Assembly: GCA_000934665.2 (NCBI GenBank)
Contig: KZ538828.1
Coordinates: 1 to 45,525, forward strand
From: Catajapyx aquilonaris
Taxonomy: Eukaryota
Length of the DNA: 45,525 nt
Direction of reading: 5' to 3'
Below, one piece after another: positions 1 to 11,545 of this stretch. The notes beneath the pieces were generated by a model. That model was not told the origin of the DNA, did not search any database, and saw nothing but the letters and a program-made list of their open reading frames with translations. How positions within the stretch are numbered: position 1 is the first letter of the stretch; the number at the start of each line of letters is the position of its first letter. Made by a program: the position numbers and the translations under genes.

Positions 1-1611
1 CACCACCATGACCCGAGGTCACTGGTGGAGCAGGTGGCCAGACTGGTCTCCATCCAGACTGGAAGGGACAAGTTCGTGGTGTGGGTCAGCGAGGGGGAAG
101 GGAGGGGGCTGGAGGAGGTCATGCTGCACGGGGTCACGGAGAGGTTCCTCTTCCTGGCGGGGGTGGACACCTCCTCAGGGGTCCAGGGAGGTCATCCAGG
201 GATGGCCAGGCTGCTCTCCAACTGCCACTTTTGCCAGGGAGGTCATCCCGGGGTGGTCACGAGGGGATGGTTCGACCCCGGAAGAGGACAAGTGACTCCG
301 TCCGGACTGGAGATATTTCCGGATTATTCCCGGAATCTGCACAACCGATTTCTCAACGGATCATTCATGGTGGACCTGAGTAAAAACGAGCTTCAGTATT
401 TCTTTGAAAACAATTTGCCCATGTTTGCAGAGATAATGGACATCCTGCCCATCAGCCAGGCGATGAATTACGATTGGGTCTTGCAATCCCCCGGAGGGGA
501 AGACGGGGACGGGGAGCTACAGGATGCGCCACTGCCAGACGGAAACTACACAGGAGCAACCGGAGTCATCCTCAGAAGGAAAGCAGTGTTTGGATTAACA
601 TTGACTAAAGATCGCATTTCACTGGTGGTCGACATCAATTTTCCCCATGCGTTTGCCACCATCACGTTCATAACCAGGGCCCCTCGAGTGAGCTACACCT
701 GGGACGCGATGCTCCGACCGTACACTCCGGACATGTGGGCGATGGTGATGGTCTCCGTAGTCTTTGGCAGCGCAGTCCTCGCCCTCCTCTTGAAGTGGAG
801 TCCCCTCCCCCCCTTCCCTGGCCGCCCCTGGTCCTTCCCCCGCCTCCTCCTGTACTCCCTGAGGTACCTCTCCTCCACCCTGATCGAAGAGAACCCGAAC
901 CTGGTCCCCTCCACCCAACCACCCCGAATATTCATCTCCTTCTGGTGGGCCTTCTCCCTGGTCATCATCTGTGGGTACGAGGCCCTCTACTTCGGCTTCC
1001 TGGCCTCTCCCTTGATGGAGGAACTCCCGGAGACATACAGGGAACATCGCAATTGGCCCAAGTGGAGTTGGGGTACGGTCGAGTTCGTCAAACCTTACGT
1101 CTACGGTGCTCTTGTAGGACTGGAGTACTTTTCATCTGCTGCCAGACACATGGCCTATCACGTGGACCTCAACACGTGCGTACGCGAGGCCATCAACTCC
1201 GACCACTGCTGCATCTGCCCCAATGACGCTCTCGTAGCAGGAAGCTACCAGTTTGCGGACAAGGCTGGCAACCTGCAGACAAAATTTGCGAAAGAGAACA
1301 ACGTGGTAGTTTACGGATCTCTCCTGACCGAGAAGCACAGCCTGATCTCTCCGATCATATCCAGGATGGGGAAGTACGTCAGAGAGTCAGGCTTGCACGA
1401 GAAGTTCCGTAAGTCCTTCGAGTATGCCTGTCTTGCCATGGGAGTCGCAGATGCCCGGAAGAAGGACCTCCTCCTCAAGAGGCTGATGGCCCTCAATTTC
1501 ACCCAGATGAGCAGTGCCTTCTATTTCCTATTAATATTCTCTTGTGGGTTGGGTTTGCTCGCATTCTTTGCCGAAATCTGCACGTCACGTTCTCTATATA
1601 TGCGCCATTGA
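1..1611 (+). CDS. Divergent ionotropic receptor (IR, variant iGluR family), intronless, 5' end outside window
   Basis: Frame is open from base 1 to TGA at 1609-1611. S1-like DGNYTGATGVIL...DRISLVVDINFP, then PYTPDMWAMVMVSVV (M1), RIFISFWWAFSLVIICGYEALYFGFLASP (M3-like), S2-like RESGLHEK and C-terminal M4 SAFYFLLIFSCGLGLLAFFAEI. Confidence 0.9.
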   Translation, partial: HHHDPRSLVEQVARLVSIQTGRDKFVVWVSEGEGRGLEEVMLHGVTERFLFLAGVDTSSGVQGGHPGMARLLSNCHFCQGGHPGVVTRGWFDPGRGQVTPSGLEIFPDYSRNLHNRFLNGSFMVDLSKNELQYFFENNLPMFAEIMDILPISQAMNYDWVLQSPGGEDGDGELQDAPLPDGNYTGATGVILRRKAVFGLTLTKDRISLVVDINFPHAFATITFITRAPRVSYTWDAMLRPYTPDMWAMVMVSVVFGSAVLALLLKWSPLPPFPGRPWSFPRLLLYSLRYLSSTLIEENPNLVPSTQPPRIFISFWWAFSLVIICGYEALYFGFLASPLMEELPETYREHRNWPKWSWGTVEFVKPYVYGALVGLEYFSSAARHMAYHVDLNTCVREAINSDHCCICPNDALVAGSYQFADKAGNLQTKFAKENNVVVYGSLLTEKHSLISPIISRMGKYVRESGLHEKFRKSFEYACLAMGVADARKKDLLLKRLMALNFTQMSSAFYFLLIFSCGLGLLAFFAEICTSRSLYMRH

Positions 1612-2127
1612 CGTAGGTTATATGACATCGCCCTGCCACAATAATACTAGGCTCATAATCGCAGTGCACTGCATCACACTCACCATGTTCAGGCGATTTC
1701 ATCTCTATACGCGTCAGAGCCACATCTTTTTCTGCCTGCTATCCGTATAGCATAAAATGAGAAATGAACATGTCGTTTACAGAAGTACAGTACAGCCCAC
1801 ATTATCAGTGGTGTTGTCGCTATACGAACTATTAGCTAGCAGGATAATGAACTATTTTCTGTCATAGCACAGCAACAAAAACTGCTATGGATATGTGTTG
1901 GTTTTGATTTTGCAATAAATATTATTATCTGCCTTGTAAAACTTCCCTAAGCTGATCCTACCCTTGTTTAAAAAAAATTGTTATTGTTATCTAGGATACA
2001 GCTACACTATGGGCATGTTCACTGTGTCGCCTGAAGCTGATTGGCTGGCTGCACCCATTTTTCTACAGTAGTAACCGAATCGTGCAAGTGTGCCAAGCAT
2101 AAAATAATCGGCATAGTAGGCTACTGT

Positions 2128-2235
2128 ACTAGCAGCGGAGCCCGTTCTTCGCACGGCCTGTTTTCATGATTATCACCAACAAAAAACCCGTTGCCATAGA
2201 CAAACAAACAAACAAGCAAACTTTCCCTTATAATC
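2128..2235 (+). mobile_element. Possible truncated non-autonomous Helitron (Lep1/HINE-like) remnant
   Basis: Starts TACTAGCAGCGGAGCCCGTTCTTCGCACGG and carries an (ACAA)n microsatellite followed by CTTTCCCTTTATAAT. This resembles the 5' motif and microsatellite-plus-3' motif of insect non-autonomous Helitrons. CTTCGCACGG recurs near 2288. Confidence 0.4.
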
Positions 2236-2662
2236 ACCTGTCACTGCAGTGTCACTGAAATATTTCCGCGACTCAAAGACCTCATTCCTTCGCACGGGAC
2301 CCCCCAAAAAATTCCGTACTGAATAGGTTTCCGCTATGTTCAGATCAAGGACGTTACCGATATTTTTTGCTGGTGAGAAAGAGAGACAAATGGGAAGATG
2401 AAAAATAATCACCTTCCCTCAATATGGTGCAAAACCAGTCCATATACAGTAGCATTTTTGTGGAATATTAGTACGTTTTGCCCTATACGGTTTCATCTGA
2501 AGTACAGCACATCAGCAGGGGGGCAGTTGCATTTCGCAGTTGAAAATGTTCTCTTCGGAATACCCTGAACAAACCCTCCTCAGCACCTTCTTCCAATATT
2601 CTACTCGTTCGAGATTCACTTGCATCACCACGCACTGTTCTCTATGAAAGTCTGCGTGCCTG

Positions 2663-2895
2663 TTGCGGAAACTTTCCAGCCACCCATTCGAAGTGCACTA
2701 AACGTTGCCACACCAGTTTTTGGACAACAACATCCGGGTCATAGGACGCCGAGCCTTTTCTGGGCTGGTCAACCTCAGCAGCCTCTTTTTGAACGGCATC
2801 GATAAGTTGCAAGATGTCTCTCCTTGGAGCTTCTATTTCAGTCAGAAACTCATCAGTCTCAAACTCCACCTTGAGAACAACGCGAGATTGCATTT
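2663..2895 (+). pseudogene. Leucine-rich-repeat gene fragment with in-frame stop
   Basis: Frame 2 reads LRKLSSHPFEVH*TLPHQFLDNNIRVIGRRAFSGLVNLSSLFLNGIDKLQDVSPWSF...LISLKLHLENNARL, i.e. extracellular-type LRR units (IxxxAFxGLxxLxxLxL), with TAA at 2699-2701. Confidence 0.7.
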
Positions 2896-2900
2896 GTCAG

Positions 2901-3233
2901 TCCCAAGGAGGAGAGGGTGAGAAGTACAAGCTGACCGTGGGTGGATACCGGAAGGGACCAGGAGGTGATGATCCTGGGGACTCGCTGTGCGCCCACAACG
3001 GCAGTGGCTTCTCCACAAAAGATCAGGACAACGATAATTACCCTTCCGACCACTGCGCAGAGAGGAATCAGGGTGGCTGGTGGTATTTTGGATGCAACCA
3101 TTCCCAACTCAACGGAGTTTATTATCTCAAGGGAAAACGCGATCAAGACGGTCTAGGTATAGACTGGTACTCCTGGAAAAATTCACATGATTACTCTATG
3201 AAAAAAACACAAATGAAGATTAGACCTAGATGA
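2901..3233 (+). pseudogene. Fibrinogen-related domain (FReD) C-terminal half; orphan terminal exon or fragment
   Basis: GGEGEKYKLTVGGY...GDSLCAHNGSGFSTKDQDNDNY...CAERNQGGWWYFGCNHSQLNG...GIDWYSWK...SMKKTQMKIRPR* is the canonical FBG C-terminus. Possible acceptor TTTGTCAG ends at 2900. No N-terminal FReD half is visible upstream. Confidence 0.8.
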
Positions 3234-4147
3234 ACGACGAAGACCGACGATTTGCACATGTCACTGGTCAATACTCATCAACCGCAACATTTTACAAGTG
3301 CTGTATACATTGCTTCGGTATAGAATAGGTCACAATATGACTGCGTTCCTCTTATTTTTCTAGGATGCTGAATTTAGACAAGGAAACATCCTCTTTATCT
3401 TATGCATGTCGTATAGTGTATTGCGAAATATATTGTTAGAATGGGAAATGCAATTAATTTAATTTAATGCCAATGTTAGTGACCATAAATTCAACTCAAA
3501 GTGCGGGGTCTCATTGAACATTATTATAATTGGTTTTATATAAATTTTATAAACGGGCAGGACATTAAACCTGAGATAAAATTATACTTGCTTGAACTCA
3601 GTTTGTTGCCTGATTCCACTTCAGTTGGGACTTTCAACAGTGACAAATCGCAAATAAGATGCTCATGAAAAAATTATAACACAAAATAATATTGGCCCAC
3701 ATGATCCAAAGAACCAAATGAATTAAAATATTTATATACTCTGAAGTTTGGTTTATCGTTGGAACGTAGTAAACATTCTCTCTTTCTGTTGGTCATACCC
3801 GAACCTCTGTTATTCAGATGTACCTATCAATAAATTCAAACTTCGTCCGTGACAAAAGGCTCATAAACACGGCATAAATATTATGAGAAGTAGTAATCAC
3901 ACAAATAACCTACGAAGTCTCCCAATAATTCGTGATTTAACAGACTTTATCCATATTATGTGGCCTAAACTGTTATTGGAGGCTTGTATTGCCCCTCACC
4001 TAAACCCAGAACCAGCTCTCACTAGTTAGCTACCACATACAATCATGATCCAATCGAATGTTCAATTCGCATGTAATAATAAAGCGTTGTTCTTATGCAA
4101 ATATATATGCGTTACATCATTGTTGTCCATTCTCCCCCCCCCCCCCC

Positions 4148-4160
4148 NNNNNNNNNNNNN
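4148..4160. other. Assembly gap (13 N) after a poly-C run
   Basis: 13 N characters preceded by a C homopolymer at 4134-4147. Confidence 0.99.
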
Positions 4161-4692
4161 GCATGCCTAATATATCCAGTTATTGTGTGAAAATGAATTC
4201 ATCCATTGTAATTACTGGAGTAGCGATTATTTGTTGAACAGTGATTCAGATGGGTTTTGATTGGGGTAGAAAAAGTTGACTGTTAGTTCACCGTAGAAAC
4301 TGATATTTCACTATAACAGGGTTGCTGACGAGTGGATTACTCTACAACATATAATGCCACCATGTACTGTTAATATAAGAATGCAGCACTCTACTATAGA
4401 CTCACACCAGTCAATCATTGTGGCAATGAATAATTGTACCCGCGGCTGCCTTATAAGAAAAGCTGTAAATTTTCATCCCCATTTACATATAGCCTGCTGG
4501 CAATCATTAAATATTATCAGGTGAAGGGATGGGATCCAGAAATTCAACACTTGGGCAATGCAACGCTTTATGTACAAAAAACTAACTGTTCACGAAAAAG
4601 AGAGAACGTGAAGGTGCAAACACTGCACTTGAATACAATTGTTGGCTACCACACAGGTATTGTCCCCTGTTGGTTGAGAATGACATACATGA

Positions 4693-6835
4693 TCACGAGT
4701 TGTCCGTGAAGAAATCCGAGGCCAGGGCTGCTGACGGACTCACTCTGCGCATCTGAAATGGTAACTTATAGTTATACTGCGTCCCTGCACCGTGGCATCT
4801 ATTTTTCTCTATGCCGAGTGCACTTAAAAGCTAGCCATTCTTACCGGATCTACGTTGAGGCTTTCGTGAAGAAACGAGACAAATTGATGGCTGCTCAGTT
4901 CTTCCAAGTCCTCGAATCCTCGCCATTCTTTCGAAAAAGCAAACATCTTCTTGACCGCCGCACAAGACTGTAACGTTATACACATAATTATATGTAACAG
5001 TTGTTAAAGAAGTAATCATTTTCCGTTAATCTAATCTCAGCAGCTAATATTACAAAAACAGAAAAATTATTTGCTCCAAATGGTATGATTGAAATTAATA
5101 AGCAGCTCAGAACAACAAAAAAAGTATAGCTGACAACGCGGGAAATTCCACCCACAGTATAGCTACCTTGAGCCTGAAGTCTCTGGTGAAGTATTTCCTG
5201 GCGTGGATTCCATCCAGCAGCAGATGCTTCGGGAAGTGACCCAAAAGGTCAACGATGAGGTGAAGCTGCACCAGCATGAGGTCAGCTGGGAAGAGGTAGT
5301 TGTCCACACCCATGTGAAGGTTGGCTGCCAGGCAGCCCAGAGACCACATGTCCACAGCTGGGGTTATCGACGCCCCTATAATGATAATAATTATTAATGA
5401 ATTAGCACGCGAATAATAATTAGGGGAGTGATTCATTACAGCATTGTACGTGTAGCATACCGAGGATAACTTCTGGTGCTCTGTAGTACGGGATCTGCAT
5501 GGTCACACCCCTGAACTTGGAGGCTTCCTCGACGAATAGGGCTCGGCCAAAGTCGGCCAGTTTGACCCGCCAGCGAGGACCGAAGGGGTCAACAAGGACG
5601 TTGTCCATCTTTATGTCCCCGTGGATCACCCCGTTTTGCTGGAATAAAAATTTCAAAAGTTAACGGCAAGCCTCAGAATTTCTACGCAGATATTAACCTT
5701 GCACTGTTTTTGCGTGTACCATTGCACGTATTTCACTATGGAAATAAAATCACGGTCGAGGAATAGCTGCGAGCGAAAATGCTGATAACCCACATTGCAA
5801 CGTGTATGGTCATATCTGCGGCATAGTTGTTAAGCAATAAGTAGTTAACTCAAAGTTCAGCAAAACATTACGTATAGTTCTACGCACCAGTGAATGAAAC
5901 CGTAGTGTTTGGGGGTGGTGTAGGTTTGTTAAAAATATTTCTCATTCTTTGATAGCCACCGCCTACCGATAAATATAGCAATAGCTCAACACGTGAACTG
6001 CACATCTACAGGTCTAATTGATCATAAAATTGAAGATAGCACTGGGCAGCATAATTACAACATGGAATGTGTACATATCAGCCGATATTATGTGAATGGT
6101 GACTTTCACATTTGAGTCTTTTTCGCGGACAAATATTTTGCCAAAAAATGTCGACTTTTACCTCCTGAAATATCGAGCCGATTCCGGAACCGGTTCCACT
6201 TTTACACAATGTGAATGACTAGGTTGTGACTGACCTGCAGCCATGCCAGAGCGACGAGCAGCTCTTTCACGATGCACCTGGTCCTGGACACTGACAGACT
6301 CCTGGTTGGGAACCGGTCCTGCAGCAGTGTCCAGAGGTCGGTCGGCATCAGCTCCAGGACCAAACAGAGCTTGTCTCTGTGCATGAACTCCTCCAGAAGG
6401 TGCGATACCACGTTGCACTGCTGGTTGTCGTCGCGTCCGACCAACCTTCTCAGCACCGACACCTCCCTCCTGCACGTCTGAACCTGAATTTTCACGGCGA
6501 CGTCGTCCTCCAGGACATTTTTCAGCCTCCGACACTGGTACACACGACCGAACGTGCCTCGTCCGATGAACCGAATCGGCTGGTACATGTCGTCCTTTCC
6601 GGTCATCACGTCCGTGTCGCGCAAAAGCACGTCCTGCAAACAAGGTACAGTAACGGTACATAACAGGTGAATTCCTGGATCTTAGGAAATAGATATTATT
6701 TACCATGAGGTCGTCCTTGTCTCCCAGAAGCATCTCGGCTGGTGCCCTGCTGCTGCTCTGGAGTCTCCAACAAAGCGATATGCTCTGACTCGGGGATGAG
6801 AAGCACCGGTTTAGACCGACGTATTCGTGACCCAT
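4693..6835 (-). CDS. HIPK/DYRK-like CMGC serine/threonine kinase, kinase-domain-only (~366 aa), 6 exons
   Basis: Exons 6835-6704, 6633-6235, 5638-5461, 5375-5167, 4967-4845 and 4752-4693, all GT-AG and in frame. Motifs: IGRGTFGRV, VAVK, LCLVLELM, IHGDIKMDN, VKLADFG, QIPYYRAPEVILG, DMWSLGC, FLHESLNVDPMRR. The start ATG is uncertain (alternative ATG at 6733). Confidence 0.88.
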
Positions 6836-7906
6836 TGTTCAGGTCACCAGCAGACCTTGAGTGACTCTGGATGAGACGAGTTATATCGGCTCCATTAATC
6901 CTCCTGGCTCCCTGATGATGCTTGCTGATGCGCGATTGGGTCAACGACCACACTCAACTTCCGGATACTGGGTCCAGCAACTACGCAGCTCCTGATTAGT
7001 TATTAGCGACTCGTCAAAAAAAAAACATGCGACTATTTATGTACCGACGTGCGCAAGTGCATGTAAAAGCAGGGAGGTGTAATCTGCAAATTTTGCTGAC
7101 CCATTTCCGTGCGTCATCTGAGAGGAAGAAAGAATTTTTGCAGGACCTGGTTCAGTTGTATAAGAAAATGAATAGTTGACCTCCCGGACCATTTTTATTA
7201 TTCTATAAAGTGGATGTCGAGCAGATGGGGGATGTTGTAAACACTCTATTTATGCCTCTTGGCATTTAATTTTACGAGTCAACAACAAAAGTAATGGCGT
7301 TATCGGCTGCTAGGGTCACGGATCTCGAGGTCACGTCTTCCTAAAAGAGATAACGATGCGTGTCATCGTATAAGGGCACCCTATTAAGATATTCGCAGCG
7401 TGACATTATAACTACTCTGTACAGCAAGGCTATTATTAAACGACCGTGTCAGGAAAGACTTAAATTATTTGTAAGAGGGTTTGAACCAATAAACTTTATC
7501 CAAGCTCGTGTTAATAATTTGACACACCAACAACAATGCAAAACAAATTTACATATGTAAAAATAATTCGACGTTATTTCCCTAGTAAGTTTATTTCACT
7601 CTCGACAACTTTATAGTGACTGTTTTTCTTACAAAAAGGACAGCAATTGACTCCTGGCGACACAGCGTCGCGGACAAGCACATTGCACTGTTAGGCTTGA
7701 CCCTAAAACTTACAACACTGATGTATCAGGGGACCATAATTAGAATATTGTGCAAGGGTATTGAGGACGTGTACGTCGAATAATGAACTTTTATCTTTTG
7801 ACTTTCGCGCACAACTATCGCGCACTGTCTAATGTGCGTTTACTGGATTAGACATACAATATTTTAATCAGACAAAAATGTTGGCAACGACCAACAGACT
7901 CGAGCT

Positions 7907-9904
7907 TCAGCACCTCTTGTCTTCACCGATCTTGAACTGCATAAGTACAATGAGATAGGTGGTCACGGCTGCTGATATCTGTGGAATAAAACGGACACTT
8001 TATAGTTACAAAATAATAAGAGCGGAATTTACTCTACTGTTGCATTGCTCTCACCGAGGTCAACAGGCGGCGATTTATTGAGAAGAAATTTGCGGCTGTG
8101 ATTTCGATAGGGGGACCAGACATCTTTTCCAGGAGGACCTTCATCTGGAAACATACCCCTGACAGTATAGCCATGGTTCCACAACAGCACGGGAACTGGA
8201 CCAAGTCCACTGACCAACCTGTCAACATCCTATAGAAACATTCCCTTGGCACAGTACGAAAAAGGGAAGCCCGACCTTGCCAACAGAACTCATCCATGTA
8301 AGGCACGCAATCAGGTTGGCAGTTTATATTTCTGGATTGAAAATATTTTGCTTATCAGCCAAGTAGGGAACCTGGTCCAGTTTTATCGGTTGCATACATA
8401 CAAAATGACCTCGACTATCAAAATGCCGGCTGAGTAGTATTCAATAAATATAATAACTACTACTGCCTATGACGTGGACAGAATTAGTGCAGGGTATCAT
8501 TACGACTTGTTAACTTACGTGAAAATGGCATTCGTCGGGAAGGGTGTTCAGGTTGACTTGTCGAAGGTCGTCATAAGCAGCGTGAGCCTACATGAGTAAC
8601 TGCAATTATTAGTTTCATTTTAAACTCATAAGGAAAGCACTTTTATTTATGCCCAGGTTTAAGGTTGGGTCGTAAAATCAGGGACAAAAAAGGGTGTTTG
8701 ATGTCAATTCTATCCCATTACACTTTTTTTGGAATGGTTCCTGGGAGTGTACAACCTATTCCTGTCATCAACTCACATGCGCCGGTATGTCACTCAACCC
8801 GACAATGAATGCCGAGACGATGATGACGATGGAGACGGTGGAGAGCAGGACACCGATGGGCAGCAGGTCCCATGGGGAGGGTGCGCTTCCGAAGGTCTCG
8901 ATGCTGGAGTAGATGAAGACGACCAGCACGCAGACTCCGAGGCTGTAGATGAGGACAAAGTACCAGCCGAAGATCCTGCTGGTTGCCTCCACCATCCTGC
9001 ACAGCTGCTGGTGAACCTTGCACAGGCACACCAGCTTCTCCTCCTTGGACATCGTCGTCTTGTCCGGTGGAGCCATTTCTGGTACCAGGAAGGGACGGAA
9101 CTGGGACGTGACAAACTGAGGCTCCTGGTCGTCTTCGTAGGCTCCCAAGAGAAGGATCCGGAGGTGATGGTTGACCAGCCTGAATCGGTGGCCCAGGGCT
9201 TGGGACAGGTTCACGATCAGGAAGACGTGGAAGTGCTGCAGGACAACCTGCAGGAACGCACACGTCTGCCTGGTGACGTGGTCCCAGGTGGACATGGTGT
9301 CCAAAGATCTGTTGTTCCCAAGGACAATCAGAAGCACGGAGAGTGTCCGCATTACGAAGGAGATCATGACGAGCCAGACAGACACCGTGAACTCCTCTCG
9401 AGCAGTGGGCAGGGGTATGTCCATCTCCATGAAGACCTGGTCCTGCCTCAGGAAGGCTCTGACCAGCCTGCAGAAGGCGGAGCAGTGCAAGGTGACGTTG
9501 AGGAAGATGGCGACGACGTGCGCGATGCTGAAGACGACCATGATGGTGATGGCGAACCGGTCAGTGGTGGGCAGGTTGACCAGGAGGGAAGATCCGGCCA
9601 TCATCAGGGCACCAAGGGCCTCGTACATTATGAAGAGGTTGGCCGAGGCGAAAAGGGCGCTCCAGAGGACCTCCCATGACATCCACTTGAACTCCGGTCC
9701 TCTTCCGTGGTTGGTCAGCACGTTCTTGGCCGGACAAGCCCCCAGGACCTTGTTGGCTCTCAGAAGCCACCAGAATATCCGAGGGGCCGGATCATCGCAA
9801 GGTACGGGCCCTTTCGAGCGACGAAACGGGGACAGCAAATGCGCAAACCGGTCCTTCCACACTGAAGGCATCTTCACGACTGAATCCCAGCACCAATCTT
9901 CCAT
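7907..9904 (-). CDS. Gustatory receptor GR1 (~452 aa)
   Basis: Exons 9904-8777, 8587-8519, 8144-8055, 7978-7907; phase-0 GT-AG introns. GACPAKNVL; EITAANFFSINRRLLTS; ISAAVTTYLIVLMQF (GR TM7 motif). Confidence 0.92.
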
Positions 9905-10011
9905 TCGAATAATTGATTTGAAAAAATTACTACGCAGCACGAGTGAAGCGAGGCAATTACATCGATTTACACGTTGACTAAACTATATATACGTATATGA
10001 AAATGAGTGCT

Positions 10012-11545
10012 TTAGGCGTTGCAGTTGGAGTTGACGTCGCTCAGCTTGAATTGAACCAAGACTACAAGATACGTGGTGACAGCTCCGGATATCTGCGATT
10101 AATAAAGGCGGCGCCATGAATAATAAGAGCAGTCTGGTCTGCATGCTTTAGGGGCGGGAAGCCCATTAAAATGGGCCTGCTAGAAAGCCATACTTACGGA
10201 TGTAATTAGACCACGGTTGATGGGAAAGAATCCGGCAGCTGTCACCTCCATGGCTGGCCCTTCCATTTTGCGTATCACTTGCTGCAACTGAAATGAACAC
10301 GTCAGTAAGACGCACGCAATTATCTCGAATCTTAAGTAAAGTTAACCTTGATTTGAATACTGGTCGGAAGGTGAGTCTTGTCCGCCAATCGCAGGTCATC
10401 AGAAGAGTCGCTCGCCTGCGATACATGCTCAGATTTCAGAAACAAAGTTGGCCAAAACAGAATCCCTATACGTACCTTCTCCGGAATTGATGAGGCCACG
10501 TAGGTGATGATGATGATGTGCATGGCCGTGGACACGGCTGTGAGCACGGAGTAGAGCTGGTAGTATCTGGTAGAGTCGTCGATCCGAAACGACGAGTAGG
10601 TCTTGAGGATGACCACCGTGACGTCCTTGGCAAACACCAGCAGAAGGTAGGCCCCACCGATGCGGTTGACCTCTCTGACCACCTTGGTCAAATGGTGGTA
10701 GTAGTCGCAGAGGGAGTTGACCTGCTCCGGTTTGGATGACTGGCTTCGAAGAGTGTCCCTCAAGTTGGAGACGGCCGCTTCGAACCTGAAGTTTGGGATT
10801 AATCATGCATTCGTCTGGAGGAACTAAAAGTCATCATGAGGCATAACCTGTTGGCAATGGCCTGGAAAAATATGAGCAGCGTCCAGGATGAAGGAAACTG
10901 CATCAGTGTGAGGACCGAGACGCAAATGGCAGCCAGCTCCAGCGAGAAGCACTCGTCGTTGTCGCTGCACATGTAGTTGCAGATGACAATGTTGCCTGAT
11001 ATCCGAAGGACAGCACAGAAGAGCAGGGGCAACATGGCGATGTAAAAGTCCTTCTGGTTGGCTACTCTCAGGGTCACACCCGATTCCTTCAATCTGAGGT
11101 CAATCGAGTTCATGTGCCACATCAGGCGACACAGCCTCCGGCACGAGACTATCATGAAGACGAAGTTAAACACTATCGTCGCGACGTCCGTGAAATACAT
11201 CCCTTTCATGGCGTGAAGGTCGGTTTGACCCAGAGGCTCGATGGTCACTTCCAAGACGGCCAGAGTGGTCACGGCGCACTTGTAGTAAATAAGAAGGTTG
11301 ATGGTGAACATGGCCAGGGTCCAGACGAGCTCGGTGGAGAGCCAGGCGAATCTGGGGCCGGCCTCGACATTCCTGAACATGTTCTTGGCCGGAAACAGGC
11401 CCGCCAACTTGCATATCCTGAGGAAGTACCACAGAGAAGGAGACACCAGGTGGAAAGACCTCTTGGACAGGTCTTTTCTGGAAAAGCAGTGTCGAAACAT
11501 GCTGTCTTCGGATGCGTCGGGAAAAGGAACGACTTTGGTTCTCAT
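10012..11545 (-). CDS. Gustatory receptor GR2 (~415 aa) with an extra 62-bp intron
   Basis: Exons 11545-10848, 10785-10476, 10415-10347, 10287-10198, 10092-10012. Removing the GT-AG intron 10847-10786 joins the two ORF-track pieces in frame (ANR-FEAAVSNLRD). Ends ISGAVTTYLVVLVQF. Confidence 0.88.

Noticed and set aside
6696..6953. 85-aa ORF as the kinase first exon
   Set aside because: Its frame does not join exon 2 at the 6703 donor; the 6835 frame does.
7312..7333. Two (A/G)GGTCA nuclear-receptor-like half sites upstream of the kinase
   Set aside because: Too short to distinguish from chance without conservation data.
8729..9679. 316-aa acidic plus-strand ORF and other long antisense ORFs over GR exons (e.g. 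9171-9977, 18891-19532)
   Set aside because: Shadow ORFs of GC-rich hydrophobic coding sequence on the opposite strand; no motifs or independent gene structure.
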